This document shows, piece by piece, positions 61,448 to 64,000 of a stretch of DNA of 64,000 nucleotides. Origin of the DNA: an uncultured Acidobacteriota bacterium (GTDB lineage Bacteria; Acidobacteriota; UBA6911). Location of the stretch: positions 1 through 64,000 of the forward strand of contig CAWJKZ010000016.1 in NCBI GenBank assembly GCA_963843575.1, given 5' to 3'. The translations under genes and the position numbers were made by a program. The notes under the pieces were generated by a model, which was given only the letters and a program-made list of their open reading frames with translations, was not told where the DNA came from and did no database searches. The stretch's first letter is position 1. Each line of letters starts with the position of its first letter.

Positions 61448-61546
61448 GGGAGCCAGGAGCCGGAAGCCGGAAGCGGAAGCCAGAAGCGAGGCGACGCAGT
61501 GAGCGCCGTCGCGGGAGTGGCTTCCGGGCTTCGGGCTTCCGGCTTT
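61448..61546. repeat. Palindromically arranged GGAAGCC heptamer tandem repeats
   Basis: About 6 copies of (G/A)G(A/G)AGC(C) at 61448-61487 and about 4 inverted copies GGCTTC(C) at 61519-61546. Confidence 0.7.
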
Positions 61547-61574
61547 GACATCGGCGCGCCGGCGGGACTATAAA
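61545..61574 (+). promoter_or_regulatory. sigma70 promoter of amrS
   Basis: TTGACA-18 nt-TATAAA ending 10 nt before ATG 61585; a divergent TATAAT lies at 61437-61442 on the minus strand. Confidence 0.6.
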
Positions 61575-61584
61575 CGGACCCGAC

Positions 61585-62784
61585 ATGCCCAGGATTTCAC
61601 GGCGCGATTTCATGATGACCGGCTCGGGGCTCGGGCTCCTGGCCGCGGCGGGCTCCGGAGGGTTCGGTTTCGCCGACCGGCTGGACGAGATACTCCGGTC
61701 GGCTCCGAAGGCGCGGTACTGGGTCTCGACCGCGTCCGGGCCCGGGCACTGCCGCGACTGTCACGCCGGGGAGGCGGCACCCGGGGCGAGCCCTCACGAC
61801 CGGCGCCGCACCATCGTCCGCTGTGGACTGTGCGCGCAGCGCTGCACGCTCGCGCCCGGAGAACGCGGCAAGTGCCGGGCCCGGATGAACGTGGCCGGCG
61901 ACCTGCGCAGCCTCGTCTACGGCCGGCCGGTGGCGGTCCACGTCGACCCGATCGAGAAGAAGCCGTTCTACCATTTCCTGCCGGGGTCGGCGGCGTTTTC
62001 CCTCGCCACGTCCGGGTGCCCGCTGCGCTGCAAGTTCTGTCAGAACTGGCAGATCTCGCAGTCCAGCCCCGAGGACCACGACGCGCCCTTTACCCCACCG
62101 GGGGCGGTCGTCGAAAACGCCGCCGCCCGCAAGGCGCCGGTCATCGCCTTCACCTACAACGAACCCACCGTGTTCGCCGAGTACCTGACCGACATCGCGC
62201 GGCGGGCGCGGCCGCAAGGGATCCGCAGCGTCATGGTCAGCTGCGGCTTTGCGCAACCCGAGCCGCTCGCCGAGATCTGCGGCGTCCTCGACGCGATCAA
62301 GATCGACCTGAAGGGGCTCGGCGAGGCTTTCTACCGCGACGTGTGCGGTGCCGAACTTCAACCCGTGCTCCGCACCATCAAGCAGATCGCCTCGACACGG
62401 AGCGTCCACCTCGAGATTGTCAATCTCGTGGTCCCCACTCTCAACGATTCCGAGCCCATGCTTCGGGCGCTCGCGGAGTGGGTCATGGGGGAGGTCGGCC
62501 CCGACGTCCCCCTCCACTTCACGCGGTTCCACCCGGACTACCAGCTCCTGAACCTCCCGCCCACGCCCGTCTCCACGCTGGAGCGCGCCCGGGAGATCGC
62601 GCTCGCCCGGGGGCTCCGCTACGTCTTCGTGGGGAACGTGCCCGATCACCCCGGCAACCACACCTACTGCCCGGGCTGTGGGAAGATCGTTATCAGGAGA
62701 AACGCTTTCTTCGTGCTCGAGATGCACCTGAAGGGCGGCAAATGCCGGTTCTGCGGCAGGGCCGTCGCAGGAGTCTGGTCCTGA
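61585..62784 (+). CDS. amrS: AmmeMemoRadiSam system radical SAM enzyme
   Basis: CGLCAQRC, VDPIEKKPFYHF, GCPLRCKFCQNWQISQ, AFTYNEP, LHFTRFHP, TYCPGCG. Confidence 0.92.
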   Translation: MPRISRRDFMMTGSGLGLLAAAGSGGFGFADRLDEILRSAPKARYWVSTASGPGHCRDCHAGEAAPGASPHDRRRTIVRCGLCAQRCTLAPGERGKCRARMNVAGDLRSLVYGRPVAVHVDPIEKKPFYHFLPGSAAFSLATSGCPLRCKFCQNWQISQSSPEDHDAPFTPPGAVVENAAARKAPVIAFTYNEPTVFAEYLTDIARRARPQGIRSVMVSCGFAQPEPLAEICGVLDAIKIDLKGLGEAFYRDVCGAELQPVLRTIKQIASTRSVHLEIVNLVVPTLNDSEPMLRALAEWVMGEVGPDVPLHFTRFHPDYQLLNLPPTPVSTLERAREIALARGLRYVFVGNVPDHPGNHTYCPGCGKIVIRRNAFFVLEMHLKGGKCRFCGRAVAGVWS

Positions 62785-62821
62785 GGGCCCCGCCGGCCGC
62801 CGGCGCACAGAAAGGAAACGC

Positions 62822-64000
62822 ATGTCTGGCACCCCCCGAGCCCCGCTCGCCATCCTGATGTTGGCCTGTGCGGCCTGCGCCGCCGGCGAAGCCCCCGGCA
62901 CGCGCCCGCCCGCGGTCGCGGGCCAGTTCTACCCGGCCGAGCCCGAGCGCCTGAGGCTGGCGATCGAGCAGTTCATGAAGAGCGCCGTCGCGCCCCTGCC
63001 CGGCGAAAAGCCGGTGGCGCTCGTGGTCCCGCATGCCGGTTACGTGTACTGCGGGCAGATCTGCGCGGACGCCTACCGGCAGGTCGCGGGACAGAACTTC
63101 GACGTGGTCGCGATCCTGGGGACCAACCACACGGCCGGGGGCTTCCGCGGCATCTCCGTCTACGCGCACGGCGCCTTCCGGACCCCGCTCGGAGACGCTT
63201 TGGTCGACGAGGAAGTTGCGGCGCGGCTGCTGGCCGCGGACCGGGACTGCACGTCCGGCGGGCAGCCTCACGTCCGCGAGCACTCGGTCGAGGTGCAGGT
63301 CCCGTTCGTGCAGGCGCTCTTCCCGAAGGCCAGGATCGTACCTGTCGTCGTCGGCGAACCGGACCTCGACATGTGCTCCAAGTTCGGCGGGGCGCTGGCC
63401 GTGTCCCTGAAAGGCCGCCGGGCGCTCGTCGTGGCCAGCTCGGACCTGTCCCACTACCCCGCGTACGACGATGCGGCGAGCGCCGACCGGCAGATCCTGG
63501 AAGCGATGGCAGGCCTGTCCCCGCGCAAGCTCGACGAGGTCGCGCGCGCACTGCGCACCAGCGGGGTGGCGAACCTCGAAGTCGGGGCGTGCGGCGAGGC
63601 GCCTGTCCTTGCGGCGATGAGCGCCGCGAAGGCGCTGGGCGCCCGCCGCGGCGTCGTGCTGAGCTACGCCAACTCGGGGGATACGCTCCTGGGCGACCGC
63701 TCCCGCGTGGTTGGCTATGGCGCCGTCCTGTACAGCGCCAACGAGGGCGGCCCGGACGTGCGCATCCTGAAACCCGCGCCGCCCCCGGCGGCCCAACCCG
63801 GCCCCCTGCCCGAATCGGATCGCAGGGCGCTCCTCGTTTTTGCCCGCGAGGCCATCCGGCGCTACCTCACCACCCAGACGCTCCCGCTCGCCCGGGGCTT
63901 CAGCCCGACCCTGTCGTGCCCCCGGGGTGCCTTCGTGACCCTGAAGAAAGGCGGGGTGTTGCGCGGCTGCATCGGCCACATCCCGCCGGAAACCCCGCTG
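62822..64000 (+). CDS. amrB: AmmeMemoRadiSam protein B (MEMO1) fused to protein A (AMMECR1), runs off window
   Basis: Own translation: RPPAVAGQFYP, PHAGYVYCG, EHSVEVQVPF, ASSDLSHY, YANSGD..VVGY, then GAFVTLKKGGVLRGCIG. Confidence 0.9.
   Translation, partial: MSGTPRAPLAILMLACAACAAGEAPGTRPPAVAGQFYPAEPERLRLAIEQFMKSAVAPLPGEKPVALVVPHAGYVYCGQICADAYRQVAGQNFDVVAILGTNHTAGGFRGISVYAHGAFRTPLGDALVDEEVAARLLAADRDCTSGGQPHVREHSVEVQVPFVQALFPKARIVPVVVGEPDLDMCSKFGGALAVSLKGRRALVVASSDLSHYPAYDDAASADRQILEAMAGLSPRKLDEVARALRTSGVANLEVGACGEAPVLAAMSAAKALGARRGVVLSYANSGDTLLGDRSRVVGYGAVLYSANEGGPDVRILKPAPPPAAQPGPLPESDRRALLVFAREAIRRYLTTQTLPLARGFSPTLSCPRGAFVTLKKGGVLRGCIGHIPPETPL

Overview
GC-rich, gene-dense chromosomal window, most likely from an anaerobic or facultative Acidobacteriota-type bacterium (inferred from an Oar-type TonB receptor, a DUF5107-TPR protein, the kinase C-terminus and several Tat-signal enzymes). 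It encodes peptide and amino-acid catabolism (OPT and POT transporters, PepT, M28 peptidase, ProC, HypD glycyl-radical enzyme plus activase, ALDH7), sugar-related genes, a czcCBA-like RND efflux operon, Ppk2, a SARP/BTAD regulator with an FAD oxidoreductase, a repeat-rich adhesin-like protein, and the start of an AmmeMemoRadiSam locus. Several conserved genes are frameshifted, probably from sequencing or consensus errors, and four genes are deletion remnants. I saw no tRNA, rRNA, CRISPR array or transposase. The most unusual signals are non-coding: (1) two diverged copies of a ~245-bp AT-rich element with GGGGACGGACC inverted ends, lying between convergent genes and supplying their 3' ends (three proteins end in a GDGPG tail); (2) a 370-bp MITE-like element with a 10-bp target duplication; (3) a phased SARP-type operator. 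An apparently exported triple-domain RidA lies beside a Tat-signal PLP enzyme. All calls come from reading the sequence; no database searches were run.
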